Assembly: GCA_030265395.1 (NCBI GenBank)
Contig: JARFYF010000104.1
Span: forward strand, 40,377,734-40,441,468
Source of the DNA: Rhina ancylostomus
Lineage: Eukaryota
Direction of reading: 5' to 3'
Length of the DNA: 63,735 nt
Below are positions 49,129-63,049 of the stretch, one piece after another. Each line of letters starts with the position of its first letter. The first letter of the stretch is position 1. The translations under genes were made by a program, and so were the position numbers. A model generated the notes under the pieces. The model was not told the DNA's origin and did no database searches. It saw only the letters and a program-made list of their open reading frames with translations.

Positions 49129-50587
49129 CTGTAGAAAAAGGAGAGAGTCAGTAAGTGAACTAGGAGCTATTCGAAAACATAAACTATAATAATGGATGAT
49201 TATTTTAAAGAGGTGCAAATTCTTAAGTAGTTGGGGTTATTATGGGACCAAATGGTTGGTATTAGACTGGTGGCCCTTACATTCAGCTCCTGATATCTTA
49301 TTCCATTGACTGTAATGAAACAAAAAAAAACCATGAACATTATATAACATGGAGTCAATCCATTTCAATCTGTCGTGCCCCTCAGTTCAAGATGAATTTT
49401 TACTCTTTTTTTTCTGAACTACATTGAAAGAAAAGCTACTTGTATTTCTATGGTATCTTTAATGATTTAAGGACAATTGAATCCTTTTTCAGAGCGTAAC
49501 TGTTGGAAATGTAAAAAATGCAGCAGCCGATTTATACACAGCAAACACCTATTGATTGCAAAACGAACAAGACTGGATAATGTTTTACTGAACCACATCA
49601 GTACAACAGGGAATGCTCTGCTACTGCTCAAAATACTGCATTAAGATCATATTTAGCCACATGAGAGGTCAGACAGGGCCCTATTTTAATCTCTCAACTG
49701 AAACACGCTACCTCCAACAGTGCAGCACTTTCTGAGCACTGCATTAGTGTGACTGTCTTGATATTTTTTTGCTTGCAGCCTTCTGTTTCAGGAACGATAA
49801 TGCCATGACTGACAAAATATAATTCAGTGTCTAAGAACATGTCCTTAGAATCTCTGGTTATGCTTCAGCAGGGTATCATGCCCAATTCCAGTCAACACAT
49901 TTTAAGATAAAGATCAAGGGCTTGGTGTTGATGCAGGGATTGATTAGAATATTACTGGGGATGAAGTTATACAGTGAGACGAGAGAAACTGGGATAAGTC
50001 TCCTCCGAGAAGGTTAAGGGAAGACTAAAGAAAAATATTCAAAATTGTGGAGGGGTGTTAATGGAGTTGATGGGAGGAATTCTTTCTGCTGGGAAGACAG
50101 CGTGTAACTGTGGGACACAGGCTCAGGAAAGAATGAAGAGAAGTTTGGGGGTGGAGAATGAAGTATTTCTTTGTGTAGCAAAGAAATTTTGAAAGCTTTG
50201 CTTGAAAGGGCAGGGGAAGCAGATTCAATACTGATTTTCAAAAGAGAATTGGATTTAACTTGAGAACTAAACAGGGCAGGGGACTAATTGGATTGTTCTT
50301 TCAAAGAGCCAGCACAAGCACAATGGGCCCAATGGCCTTCTTCACTGCCATATGGTTAAGGAATTGGATTTTCATGCATATTACAGGTTTGGCGTACAAA
50401 CTACCCCTCCATTGTGGTGCAAAACTACAGGGTTGTCAGTAGCTGTTTGAGATACCTTTTAAGATGAGATATCTTATAGTTTACACAATGATTCCAACCA
50501 TGCAAATAATGGAACTGAAATGCTAAAATATTATAGTAAGTAGAAAGGAACCAAAATTTATCACAAGATCTTTATTTAAATAGTTAC

Positions 50588-50767
50588 CTCTGCATTCGGG
50601 GTCTGAACCTGACCAGAGGCCATTAGATTGACACAGGCGAATGCTGGTTCCTATGAGGTCAAAGCCCAGCCTGCACCGAATTCCACATGCAGAATTGTAG
50701 AGGTTATTGCACGTGTTCTGTATGAAGTAACCATTCCAAGGTGGCTGCAACACTGGGCACTGGACCT
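50588..50767 (-). CDS. SVEP1: SVEP1-family exon: CCP/sushi 1
   Basis: cag|AG GTC...AGA G|gtaact. 180 nt. (E)[59 protein letters not shown]. Confidence 0.93.
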
Positions 50768-51674
50768 CTGCTCACCATCACAAAGATAAGTTAACACATT
50801 AGCTCATCAACTGCTAGTTAAACACAACTTCAAACAACACATTACACCACCCATTGCTGGTTAAACTAAGGTTATCTTATTTCACCCATCCACTACTGGT
50901 TAGCATTTCACCTGTGGTTTAATATATTCCTGGAGATTTCGCCGCATGACCTCCTCCCTCCAACTTACTCACACATTCACATGCACCACTGGTTTATCCT
51001 GCAGGAACACTGACTTCCCACAGCCATTGGAAAGGGAATCCAACTGGATTAATTTTGACAGTTGGTGGAACAGTTGTTTTACCAAGTATTTCCTCAGAGG
51101 AGACCATTTGGCCCGTCAAGTCTCCACCAGCTTTCCCATCAATCCCACTTACCGCATATATTCCCTGCACCCTATTCTCACATGCCTATCAACTCCAACC
51201 CACCCAATTTCCCCTATCACCCATAGGGGACCTACACTGGGAAAAATTTACAGTTGTCAATTAATCTACCAACCCACTTATTCGGTATACGGGAGGAAAT
51301 TAGAGCACACAGAAGGAACCCACACAGCCACAGGGAGAACATGCAAACTCCACACAGACAGCACTAGGAGTCAGGACTGAACTTGGATCGCTGGAGCTAT
51401 GAGGCAGCAGTGCTGCTTGTTGCCCCACTGTGCCACACATTTCCATCACTCATAAATTAAAGTCTTCAAACAAAATGAAATAAGAGCGCAATGTTCTCCA
51501 GTTGCAGTGAGACTTTTCTCTCCAGGTGTATCTGATGCCAGTATGCCAAGAGTACAATTCCAGGAGACTGCCATGAGAATCTTGGCAACCTTGGATCTAC
51601 TGTACAGGGCTATCTGGATGCTGTGGTGGCTATTCTCATGAAAAGTTTCATTCCATGTCCTCCCCATGACCCAC

Positions 51675-51833
51675 CTTGACACACCTGCCCCACAAGCCTG
51701 TATCCTTCCTTGCAGATGCAGTCCTTGATTGAAGTGCTCCCTGGTAGGGAGGTACGGTGCTCTCCAGGGCATTTAAGGCAGGTGCTAATGCCCCCAGGCT
51801 TCCCTTCTGACTTGTAGGTCCCTGGTGGACAAG
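51675..51833 (-). CDS. SVEP1: SVEP1-family exon (most 5' exon in window): Cys-rich/ephrin-receptor-like repeat
   Basis: ctccag|CT TGT...CAA G|gtgggt. 159 nt, phase 1-1. Translates (A)[52 protein letters not shown]. Confidence 0.92.
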
Positions 51834-52440
51834 CTGGAGTAAAGAAACACGGATTGAAAATGTTAATTGCTTTAATTACAAACCAAACATGTACAAAAAT
51901 AAGTATCCTCCAAGATTTTAACTTAGGCAGATGGAATCCTCATCCTGTTTTCATTGTTACCAGCTGTTTTTATTATTAAATGCAAGAAAAAGAATTACTG
52001 TTCAATTGATTGTACATGTTTCTCCAAACATTTCTCAAAAGAAACAGGACTGAAAACATTTTAGTCAAGATATATTTCCTTCACCTCTATTAAAGAATGT
52101 TTATTAGAGGAAAATTGGCCCAGAATTAACAAAACCATCAGGGCTCACAGTCATTAAACTGTGAAACTGACGGCAAACTCAAAATTTCAATGCTTATATA
52201 TTTAGTGCAGTAACCTCAGGCATGGATTCAGCACTCCTTCACAGTTTGTGCTGTTTTGTAGTGCAAGCAAGGGAAAACAGTGGTCTGCAGAGAAGTTCAG
52301 GTATTTAAAATCTAATCCTATCATAAATTATCCAGAAAATTTTATATCTGGAGGTATGTTTGAGCTTTTACATTGTGTACTTAGCTGTAATTTCAGCTTA
52401 ACAAAACTCTGACGCAAGAACACTAACTTAATGTTACTAT

Positions 52441-52735
52441 ATTACAATTTTCTCATAAATGTTTCAAATCAAATGGATATTAAAGTAATAAAAATGAACA
52501 TATTTTGTAAAAAGATATATTTCAGTTTCTACCTTAATCTTGCAAATACCCTAATCTTTTCATTAAATGTTTAAAAACATTACATAACATTTCCAAATTA
52601 CAATTTCCTCATAAATGTTTCAAATCAAATGGATTTTAATGTAATAAATATGAACATTTTACTGTAAAATAAATAGTTTTAGTTTCTACCTTAATTTTGC
52701 AAATATTCCAATCTTTTCATGTTTAAAATATTAGG
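52441..52735. repeat. Diverged AT-rich tandem duplication, period about 156 bp, about 1.9 copies
   Basis: attacaatttYctcataaatgtttcaaatcaaatgga...agtttctaccttaatYttgcaaata begins at 52441 and again at 52597. Confidence 0.85.
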
Positions 52736-55700
52736 TAAAAATTATGTCTTTCCTTCCTGGTTTACAGACCATGAGAATTCTTTCATGTGATCAGTCTGCT
52801 TGACAAGAATTACATCAGCTGGGTGCCAGAGATCCTGTTGAATTGATGCCTGACAGCAGCAGGTAGTGGAAGAGTGCAAGTTCACGCCACAAAGAATTCT
52901 AGGTCATTGTGGAGATTTTCCTAAATGTTGCTTCTCTGCTGACTTCAAAATTTAAGCCAACAAAGGGGACAATAGTTAGCTTCAAATTAACCACAGTTGT
53001 CTTTGATATCAATTGTAAGAAAATTAATGGGGTGGCATACTGGTGCATCAGTTAGTGCTGCTGCCTCCTAGTTCCAGCAACCCAGGTCTGATCCGCACCT
53101 CTGGTGCTCTGTGTGGAGTCTGCACATTCTCCAATGTGACAGTGTGGGCTTCTCATGGGTGCTCTGGTTTTCTCCTACATTCCCAAGATGTGCTCATTGG
53201 TAGTGCAATTGGCTACTGTAAATTACCGAGTGTAGGTGAATGACAGGAAAATTAAAGGGAACCTAATGGGTATCTAAGAGAGAATTACAGGGAAATAAGT
53301 CGGGGAATGGGATTGATGGTATTGCTCTGAAACCTGGTATATACTCGATGGGTTGAGTGGCCTCCCACCATGTTACGAAGAAATAAGTGTTTAGGTGTTT
53401 TATTGGACTCCCAATGATTCAGATTGGGGAATGATATGTATAGCCAAGAATCCTATAATATGGCACTCCTGCACCAATGAACTGCTGCTGCTTCATGTGG
53501 AAAAAATCCAGGTCGACAATTTAATGCAGTATTAACAAAGTGCCACAATGTCAAAACTATTGACATTTGGTGGAGATGTTAATCTGAGGTGGACTTCAAA
53601 GGAAATATGACACTACTTTGAAGAGGTCTTGGTCAATATTTATCCCTTGATTTCCTCCAGTCAACATCATTCAAAGTTAGTTGTTTGGCCATATCAAATG
53701 CAGGGAGCTTGCTGTGCTCAGATTGGCTGGTCTGTTTCTTACACAATAACAATGACTCTCTCTCTAGTTTATGAACTTAGCAAGAAGAAAAAAAACACAA
53801 ATGTATATGCAAATCCATTCTTACTTCTTTACCCCAATAAGTTGTGGACTGCGCTGTAAGTCTTCATTTTTGCTGCATTCCTTCAATTAACTTTGATTGC
53901 TACGCATTTAAACAAAATTGCAGATGGCATGTACCAATAAACACTTTCATCAGATTCATTCTGGAAAATCACTTAAAATCACATTGCACTTATATCTGAC
54001 TTAAGTATTCTGGTCCAATTAACTCCAAATCATATTAAGTTGACAATTGCTTTAAATTGTTTGACTTCAATAAAAGTGCTCAAAAACAACACATTTTCCC
54101 AGTGCCCCATTCAGTGATGATCTGTTAAACCATGGGTGTTCTGTATTGAAAATACAGTCTCATGTTGATCAAAGCTGCTGCTTAATTGCTTCCAGACCAG
54201 TTTCATCAGAACACTTGTGCCATCCTTTTAAGTTTGAACCTAATCTTGGCTTGTATATGCATACTTGTTCTGTTAAGTTCAATGAAAGAAAGCTAAACAT
54301 GTTCTGAATACCTTGGCTGACTTCTCCTTACTCATCAACTAAAAGGCTTTGTTTTCACTTCCTTTAAACAAGAATGCCATGGAGAGATTTTGCAATCACT
54401 ACTGTTGTCAATTCTGCAGAAGTGTATTTTCAGTTTGTTAATTATGGATGCTTGGCAGAGTTTTATTTGTTGGTCCATCTTAGGTTAGTATCAGCTGTGG
54501 TTCAATGGATTGCACTTTTGCCTCTGAGTCAGCTGGTTGCAGATTCAAATCCCATTCCATGTAAGATTTTTATATAATAAGGGAATCAAGGAATATGGGC
54601 TATGCAGAAAAATGGTACTAAGGTGAAAGATCAACTATAATTTTATTGGATGGTGAAGAAGGTACAAGTGGCTAATGGCTACTTCTGCTTCCATTTTTCA
54701 TGTCCTTATGAGAGAATGTATTACCAAGAGAGTACTGCACTATCATGTGTCTTTGAGATTGGTCATTAAACTAAGTCCTTAGTGCTGTCTGGCGAGTATT
54801 AAAGATTGCATGGCATAGCTTCAAAGCAAGGCAGCAGAGAAATGCCTGGTATTCTGACTGATATTTATACTTGAAAAGTCAAACTACCTGGGAATTATCA
54901 CACTAGTGCTGGTGGGAGCTGGCCAAGTGTAAACTGGCTCCCACATTTCAAAAGTACTTCATTAGCTTCAAAACACTTTGGGAGAACAGGAAAATCTGTT
55001 TGGATTTAGGTTCAGAGTTTAGATAGGAATTCGACATTCCAGAGAAGCTCCATAGTACTGTTTCTTGTAGTTGGAACAGTGCAGCACTGACATGGTACAC
55101 ATGGGACTAAGTGTACAAGCTACTAAATAGAACCTCTCCAAAGGGAAGGAAGAAAAGTCAATAGGAATGTCCACTCAGTTCCACTAGAAGTTTACATCAC
55201 AATGAATAACAGATGCACAAATTCACCCCAAAAATCCCATTCAGAATGGAGGCAATTGGGTAGTTCTACCATCAGTCAATCCTTTAAGTGAGTCAGATAG
55301 GTTTTATGCATTTGTATTATGTAATTCTCTCTCCCCAGCAGAATATCTCCCCAGCAATAACCCAAAACCTGGTACTTGCAAACAGACAAAATGAAAACTA
55401 TTTAAAAACTCTATTGAGAATGAATGTGAGAAAGAGGAGTGAAGAATGCCCACTGGCCAGGGTAGTGCTCATTTTCATTACAGGAGACGGAGCTAAGTGA
55501 AAAACATGCACGCAGTAAGTTTATGATCTGTGTCAGGAAGCTGAACAATTATCTTTGAATGAATTCTCCAATCAACCCCATGCCCATGCAGATTTCTACT
55601 GTTTAAGTATCTAATCAGTTCCTTTTTGAATGTTACAATTGAATCTGCTCAGCCACTCTTTTCTGTCAAATTAGAACAAATGCTGAAATAAAAGAATTTC

Positions 55701-57904
55701 TCAAGTCTGCAATTGGTTCATTTGCCAACCTTACCCTGTTTTCTGACTTCAGCCTATTTCTCCCCATCAGCTTCTTAGAAGAATAACAAATCTCAGATTC
55801 TTCAGTCTCTCCAATAAGTGATGCTTCTTACTTAGTAGCACACTGTAAATCTTCAAAGAGAAGGTGCAGCAGAGATTCATTATAAGGTTTCGGGAATGAA
55901 GAAATACTGACACAAAGAAAGGCTCAATAATTAGGTCTATTTTTTAATGGAACGTAGGTGATTACAAAACAATGAAGGGGTGGACCAAAGCAGATAGAGA
56001 GTGATTGCTTTTGGTAGTTAAGAATAATGGGATAGTGAAATATAATTAAATGTTAGAGATAGAGAGGGAGCAGGAGAACCCCTTTTACACAGATATTTGC
56101 CACACTGCGGAATATATAGAATATAGTTAGTTATTGAAATGGACACCATGGCAACATTTAAGAAATCTCAAGATGTGTTGTAAAAGGAAAAGTTCAGAAG
56201 AACATGGGAACAGCACAAACCTAAATGATAAGGGCCACTTCTTGTGAAAGGTTATCACAATTATAAATCGTTTTGGATGAATGGCCTTTTGCGATTTCTA
56301 TTCTCCACTCTTCACAAGATTAGAGAGCTACTTTTAGCCAACACTAATTCCTTGTACACATATCACCACAGCAAGGATTGGGGAGAGATGACAAATACAG
56401 AAATTGAAATGGGAGGCTCAGTTACATTAAAGAAGATCCAAGCCTTGTGATTTTTCCTGCTCATGTATTCATCTTCATCCCAAAACTGGAGCATGGATTC
56501 ATAAAACCTACAATCCTACTGTTCCAATTTGACTCATTGCACTGTTCAATTTGTAACTTGGAATACATAATAATCACCATGCTTCTGTACCTCACAGAAT
56601 AGGTATACAGTGATTAAGTTATTGGATTGGCAACCAGAGTTCTGGAAATTCGGCTCAGAGACACGAGTCTGAATTCCACCAGTGCAGCAAGGGAATTCCA
56701 AATTCAAGCAATTAAAAAAATCTGGAATTTTAAAATTAAATTTTCTTAGTAATGGTACAGATCATAAAAAAGTTTCATTCTGTCTTCCAGGACAGTAAGT
56801 CTGCTGTCCTTACCTGGTCTGACCTGCATGCAAATCCTTGCCCATCAATATGGTTGTCTCTGAACGGCCTCCTTGATTTAGGGTCATTTAGATATGGGGA
56901 AATTAAAAACTGGCACTGCCAACGACATCCACATCCCATGAATAACTGTAAATTGTTACAATGGAAAAGGCTGCCATTCTGCTCAGGAAACTTGTGCTAT
57001 CACAATCCATTCAGTTTTATTGTCCTGCTCTTTCCAAATAATTACTGCAGTTTTTTTCTCCCCCAGGTATCTATCCCAATTCACTTCTCAAAATCACAAT
57101 CAAATGTTTCCCCACACTTTCATGCAGTGAATTAATGACAACTCCCTGAATATTACCCATATCTTAAACCTGTATCCTCTCATTCTCAACCCACCTGCCA
57201 ATAAAAAGTTTCACATTTGCTTTGCCTGAACTCGATGACTTTGAACACTTCTATCAAATCACATCCAAGCTTTCCCTAATCAAAGGAGAATCCTAACTTT
57301 TCCCATTCATCCATGTAACAGAATTTCCTCACCTTCAGAACTATTCCAAACTTTCATTTGAATCCTCCCTATAGCATTCACATCATTCCTATAATGTATT
57401 CAACATAATATTCCAGTGACAGCTGTATTAACCTTTTATAGAACTTCAACATAAGCTCCCAGTGTTATACTAAATGGCTCAGATAATGAAACTATTAGTA
57501 TTGGTTTATTATTGTCACATGTACTGAGGTACAGTGAAAATAATGGAGACATTTTAAAAAAAGTTTTGCTGAATGCAAGAGAGAGACATAGTGGGATAAT
57601 CCCCACCACAAATCATAGGGGCAAAATAATCTCAGACTAATGATTCAAAAGCATTCACTAGACATTCATTTCAAGACATCAGGTAACAGAAACAGCAACA
57701 ACAATTCCTCTGCAATACTGTCAGTGTGAATAATTGGACAAAGACTTTAGACAATTACAGGAGGACAAACATTTTGCTTTTCCTGGAGGGAAGGTGGTAG
57801 TTTCGAGATGGGATTTACTGCCAGTAAAAGCACACATCAGGGGAAAAAAAAATCAACAGTTCAGTTCCAAACCTAATACTATAGCTTCCCTAGACTACAG
57901 GTAC

Positions 57905-58090
57905 AAACACACACATGAACACCTATTCACACATAAATGCACACAAACAATTCATACACACATCCATGTATGTGGATGTACATGGACTTCCATGCACATA
58001 TGTAACCATACAAAAATGCATGCACATGCTTACTTTTACACATACTCATATACCCCACAGGTACACAACCATTTACAGACACCCATAACA
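57905..58090. repeat. Degenerate CA-rich low-complexity tract
   Basis: Interrupted acac/cata/tgca runs. Confidence 0.55.
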
Positions 58091-61000
58091 GCTGAAATTA
58101 TATTAGATCAGCATTTACATAAAATTTATCTGCTTTGAAGGCTATGCAAAGTTTGCTGTAATACAGTCACAAAAGAAATTCTAGTTAAGTACGTTAATGG
58201 ATGTGGAAGATGCATGAACAAGGGGAAATCCCACCACAATCTCCAGAACCTGTCACAGACATTGTCTTTTGTCAAATTACAGCAGATATTTCCTCTTGGC
58301 ATTTTACATGAACAGATCAAAAATTATAGCAATCTATTTTTTAATAAAACATTTTATTTGCAATCTCAGTTACTCTGGCTAAAATCTGATAAGTGGGCAC
58401 GTCTTGTCTTTCGTTGCAATGGTGGGTAATAGGCATGCAATGTAACAGAATACCCACACCCAACGGTCAAAACAGCATAGAGGTTAGATATTATTTTTCT
58501 CATCTGATGCACAACTGTAATACTTTCCCTGCTAGGACTGATGCAGGGTCTCGACCCAAAACGTTGACCATCTTTTTGTCTGCACAGATGCTCGACATGC
58601 TGAGTTCTTCCAGCATTCTGCTTCAGATTAGAGCATCTACAGTCTTGTCTCTCCAAGATGTGTTGGAATATTGCAGCATTAGGCAAACCTGAATGTCTAG
58701 TACATGTGCAATTGGTTATTAATGTGCATAGTCAGGTTCTGGATTCCTTGGAGGATCTAAATGTTAAGGGCAAGAGAATCAGGGTGGACTAAAATGATGG
58801 AGTTAAAATGTAGATTACCCCTGATCCAGCTGAACGGGAATAGACCATTTAGACCCATGAGAATGAATGGCTTATTCCTGCTCTAATGTTCAAGTACTAA
58901 AATTATAGATTCGTTTGTTCCCTATACTTGCTGCTATATTGACGACTTTGTTACTCCACTCAAGGTAATAGTAAAGCAATTAGCGCAGGGCCAGGTCAAT
59001 AATGTGGCAGTGCTGCAACAATCAGCAACAGCAGAAGAAAGCTCTGGTTACTATAAAGTTCTCTGAAATAGATGCCAAAGTGCAGGCACCAATGAATAAC
59101 TAGGAGAAAGCTCAAGAAATATGCAGCCTTTATGGATGTTTTCTGAAACGTCTTCTCACGTTTACAGGAGAGAGGCACATCTGACATACAAAGGGTTGAG
59201 ACATTCGTCACTCAGCACAGATATCCCAGCCTAATTTCTTTATTTCATTAATGGGAATCATAGGCAAGGCCTGTCCCTAATTGCTCTGGAGAAGATGGTG
59301 GTGAGGCTTCTTCCATGTCCATTACAGTCCATGTGGTATGGGTGTTCCACAATACCGTTAGGATAGGGAATACTCTCTTAAGACGCAACAATAATGAAGT
59401 AATGACAATATATTTTCAAGTATGGATCATGTGCGATTTGGATAGACATCTGGTGCCCTTTTTCTTTTAGGTACCAAGGTGCTGTCCAGGATACCTTGGT
59501 GAGTTGAAGTAGTGAATCTTGATACACACTGCAGTTACAGGTGATAGGGGAAGTAAATGATTAGGGTGGTGAATGACTTTATTCCCATCAATAAACAGGC
59601 GTCTTGTTTCTTTACCATCTCTCTTGCAGTATCCTCAGCTGAATCTACAATGTTCCTCTCACATCATGATAGCCACTTAGGATTCACACTACACTGCTGC
59701 TTGCCAATTCCTCTCTTAACACATTCCTGCCAAAGCTGTCACTTATCATGCCAAGATCAACCATGCCTCTTGTCAAATTTGACCACATCTGCACGCAATA
59801 GCTCCCAGTTATTTCCAGGAACAAGTCCAAGCTCAATAATTTCCTACAGAGAGAGCAAACAATTCTCCGTCAACTCTGAATTTCTCCTGTTTATTTCCTC
59901 TGCATCCCCGCTAAACATAAATGACAAAACAGACTTAGCATTAAGTATTTTAGGGCCTGTTACTTCACTAAATCATAGATTGGGATCTCAGGCTCATTTA
60001 TTGTGACTGAAGAAAAGCAAAACACCAAAAACACAAAATTGTCCAAAACAAAGAAATATGCAGAGGTCCCACTGTGATGCTCCTGGGTGGTCATGATCCT
60101 GGTGTGTACTTTTCAGTGTACTGGGGTCCTATTGTGGAACAATAGTTTGGCCAGTATCTGAACTATACCAAATCATACTTCATTATTCCGTCACATTGGC
60201 TGACATGTAGACAAACAATTAGACCCCTTGCTGAGACTGAACAGCTTCGGGACAGAACTTTCCTCCCTTGTTTCTGGTCTTCTATTGGTCATGAGATGAT
60301 GCAACAAATTAGCTTGGAGTCCTATGAAGCCATATCCCTGGGCCATTGTTTGGATCACTGGATCTTCTGTGAATGTGCAAGAGAATGCAAGGGGATGCAA
60401 GTCCAAATACGGGTGGGGATGCTCAAAGAAGCACCCATGCCGCATTATATCACACAACACTTAGTCTGCCGTGATTTCCTTTTTTTTTGGCCAATCAGCC
60501 CATCAAATCCATGCTGGCTCTTATAATAATCCCATCAATCACCAATTTATTTCCCTGCAAAGTATTCTCTCCCACATACATAAATCAACTCCCCCTTCCC
60601 CCACCAATTCTCTTACAACCCATCTACACAAAAGATAATTCACAGTTAGCCTACTCACCAGCATACCTTTGGGATGTGGGAGGAAACCCACACAGTCAGA
60701 AAAGAGTGGTGCAAACGCCACACAGATGGTACTGGAGATCAGGATCAAACCTGGGTCACTGGAGGTGTGGGGTGATGCTACCTGCTTACCACTGTGCCCA
60801 TCCCGTTACCTGATTACCTTAGCAATGCTGATAGCCAGTTACAACAATTCAATGCAACTCCTTCAGCTGTGGCTCAGTGGATTGCAGACTCGCATCTGAG
60901 TCAGGAGGATGTGGGTAGAAGACCCACTCCAGACACCCAAGCCAGATTATCCTTCATATCCCAATGCAAAACAATGAAGAGGTTGCAAATCTGAAACAAC

Positions 61001-63049
61001 AACAGAAAATGCTGGAAATATTCAGTAGGTCAGTCAGCATCTGTGAAAGAGGAACAGTTAATGCTGGAGATGGTTCTGATACAAATTGGAAAGACTGGAT
61101 AACTGAAATCATTGAACTTAATGGTAACATTTCAGATAGAAGATCCTTCATCAAGACTGAGAGAAGGTAGAAGTCAAAGTTTTGGTTGTAGAGAAGGTGG
61201 ACAGGTGGAGAGAAAACAATGGGAATGTCTGCGATAGGGCAGAGAGCAAGAGACATTGAATGACACAAGTGACAGAGGTACTGGCTGACAGTATGAGGAA
61301 TAAGACTTGTTAATTGCTCACTCTGGAATGCTGGTTAGCTCTCAAGCATAGTGTATGTCACCAATACATGAACATTATTACCCAAACAGCTGAGCCTGGC
61401 TTTCAGTTGTCTTGATCCCATTCTTACTGGATCAAGACCTCACTCTGTCAAGTCTGGCGTGCAATGGCAACCTTATGTTAAAAGGCACAGGCAACTTCCA
61501 CTCCACTATATTAAATTCGGGACCTGGAATGTAAAGACCCCCACCCACAGTGGAAGCAATTCATCTGTGGTCCCAAGGGACTGCCTAAGACACTGGTAAA
61601 GAACTGAATTGTAAGTATAACAAGTGACTCATTGCTTCACCTGGAAGGAGCATTTGGGTCCCTAGATTGTTGCAAGGGAAGAGGTAAAAGGGCAGGTACT
61701 GTATCGTACATCACAGACATTCCTTTTGTTTTCTTAACCTCTCACTGCAACTTAATAGATTGCTAACTTTTCTCAATACTAATGAAAGGCCATTGGCCTG
61801 AAACGTAAACTCTGCTTGGATGCTGCCTGGCCTGAGGAGTTTTTCCAACATTCAGTTTTTAAATTGCACTGAAAATCTGGACTCTCAGCTTTATGGCAAC
61901 AACGATTGATGCGCCTTGTGTATCAATTAATAACACAAGTGAATACTAGCTGTTTCCCTTGTTTACTTAATAGTTATGCTTTTAAAATAATTTAAATCAG
62001 TTAAGTATGTTTAAATGATTTCAATATGTTTGAATTTTGTATTAATAATTTTTAATTTAATTACACAAATTGTTTTTAAATGCTACATCTGGAAACAGCA
62101 TCAAGCCAGCTGTCAGGTGTCCATCACTACATCAGAATTGGCTTGGGATCGAAAAGCAAACAAAAAAATGCTGTTGCTGAAACAAAACTGGAAAATGTTG
62201 GAAACACTCAAAGTCAGTTAGATAGCAACTGCAGAGACAGAAACACAGTTAATGTCCCTGACCATTAAAGGCCATTGACCTGAAACGTCAACCCTGTCAA
62301 AACTGAGACCGATGGATTTTGTTGTTAGGTAAAGGGTGCTACGATTTATGGACCAAAGAAGATAGATGAAGTCAAACTACATGTTGTCCACGAGTTGTGG
62401 AACACACTCAAGAAACTGAATGATCTCCTATTTCTACAGCTCCTTCCATTAGGTTTTTAACTATTTTCCAACTGTGCCAAAAGTACATCTTCCTACCTTC
62501 TTATTCTCATTTTAATTGTATTATTAGATATCTTAATGTGAGTAGTTTCAGCAAATAAAGGCAAAGCTTTGAATTTAAGATGCAAGTCCTACCCTTGTTG
62601 GTTGCTGCAAACTCCCTTTGCCAGGTTGGTCAGTATTTAAGGTTAAAATTAACACCATCTCTGTGTGTAAACTTGCTTACTCAACATCTTTACACAGTTG
62701 GTAAACTTCCTCAACTTTGACATTATTCAGCAAAAAAAATAAGCTATGTTTATTTCATCAGCTTGATTGATTGCACATATTTCTCCATTTGTAACTGCTT
62801 TCAACAAATTGCACATTTAAGTGCTAGTATTTTAAGTAGTTAGTGTCAACTATTACCCATTAATTTGAAAGGCGTCGTTAATATCATTCCCGCCTGACAG
62901 AAAATACAGGAAGCAATCATTAAACACATTAGGAAAGAATCATTTTTAGTAGACTATGACCAGCTTTCCACTTATGTTCACTGACAGGATGGTATGCAAA
63001 ATGTAACAAATTTGTAGGATCTTACTGCATAGGAGGAGGCCATTCAGAA

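Noticed and set aside
53032-53110. tRNA-like A/B-box sequences here and at similar loci
   Set aside because: These are SINE heads followed by SINE bodies, with no complete cloverleaf.
51834-63049. Search for upstream SVEP1 exons (vWA domain and the CGTHTG-containing exon)
   Set aside because: None were recognised. The region reads as a long intron with SINE/LINE remnants.
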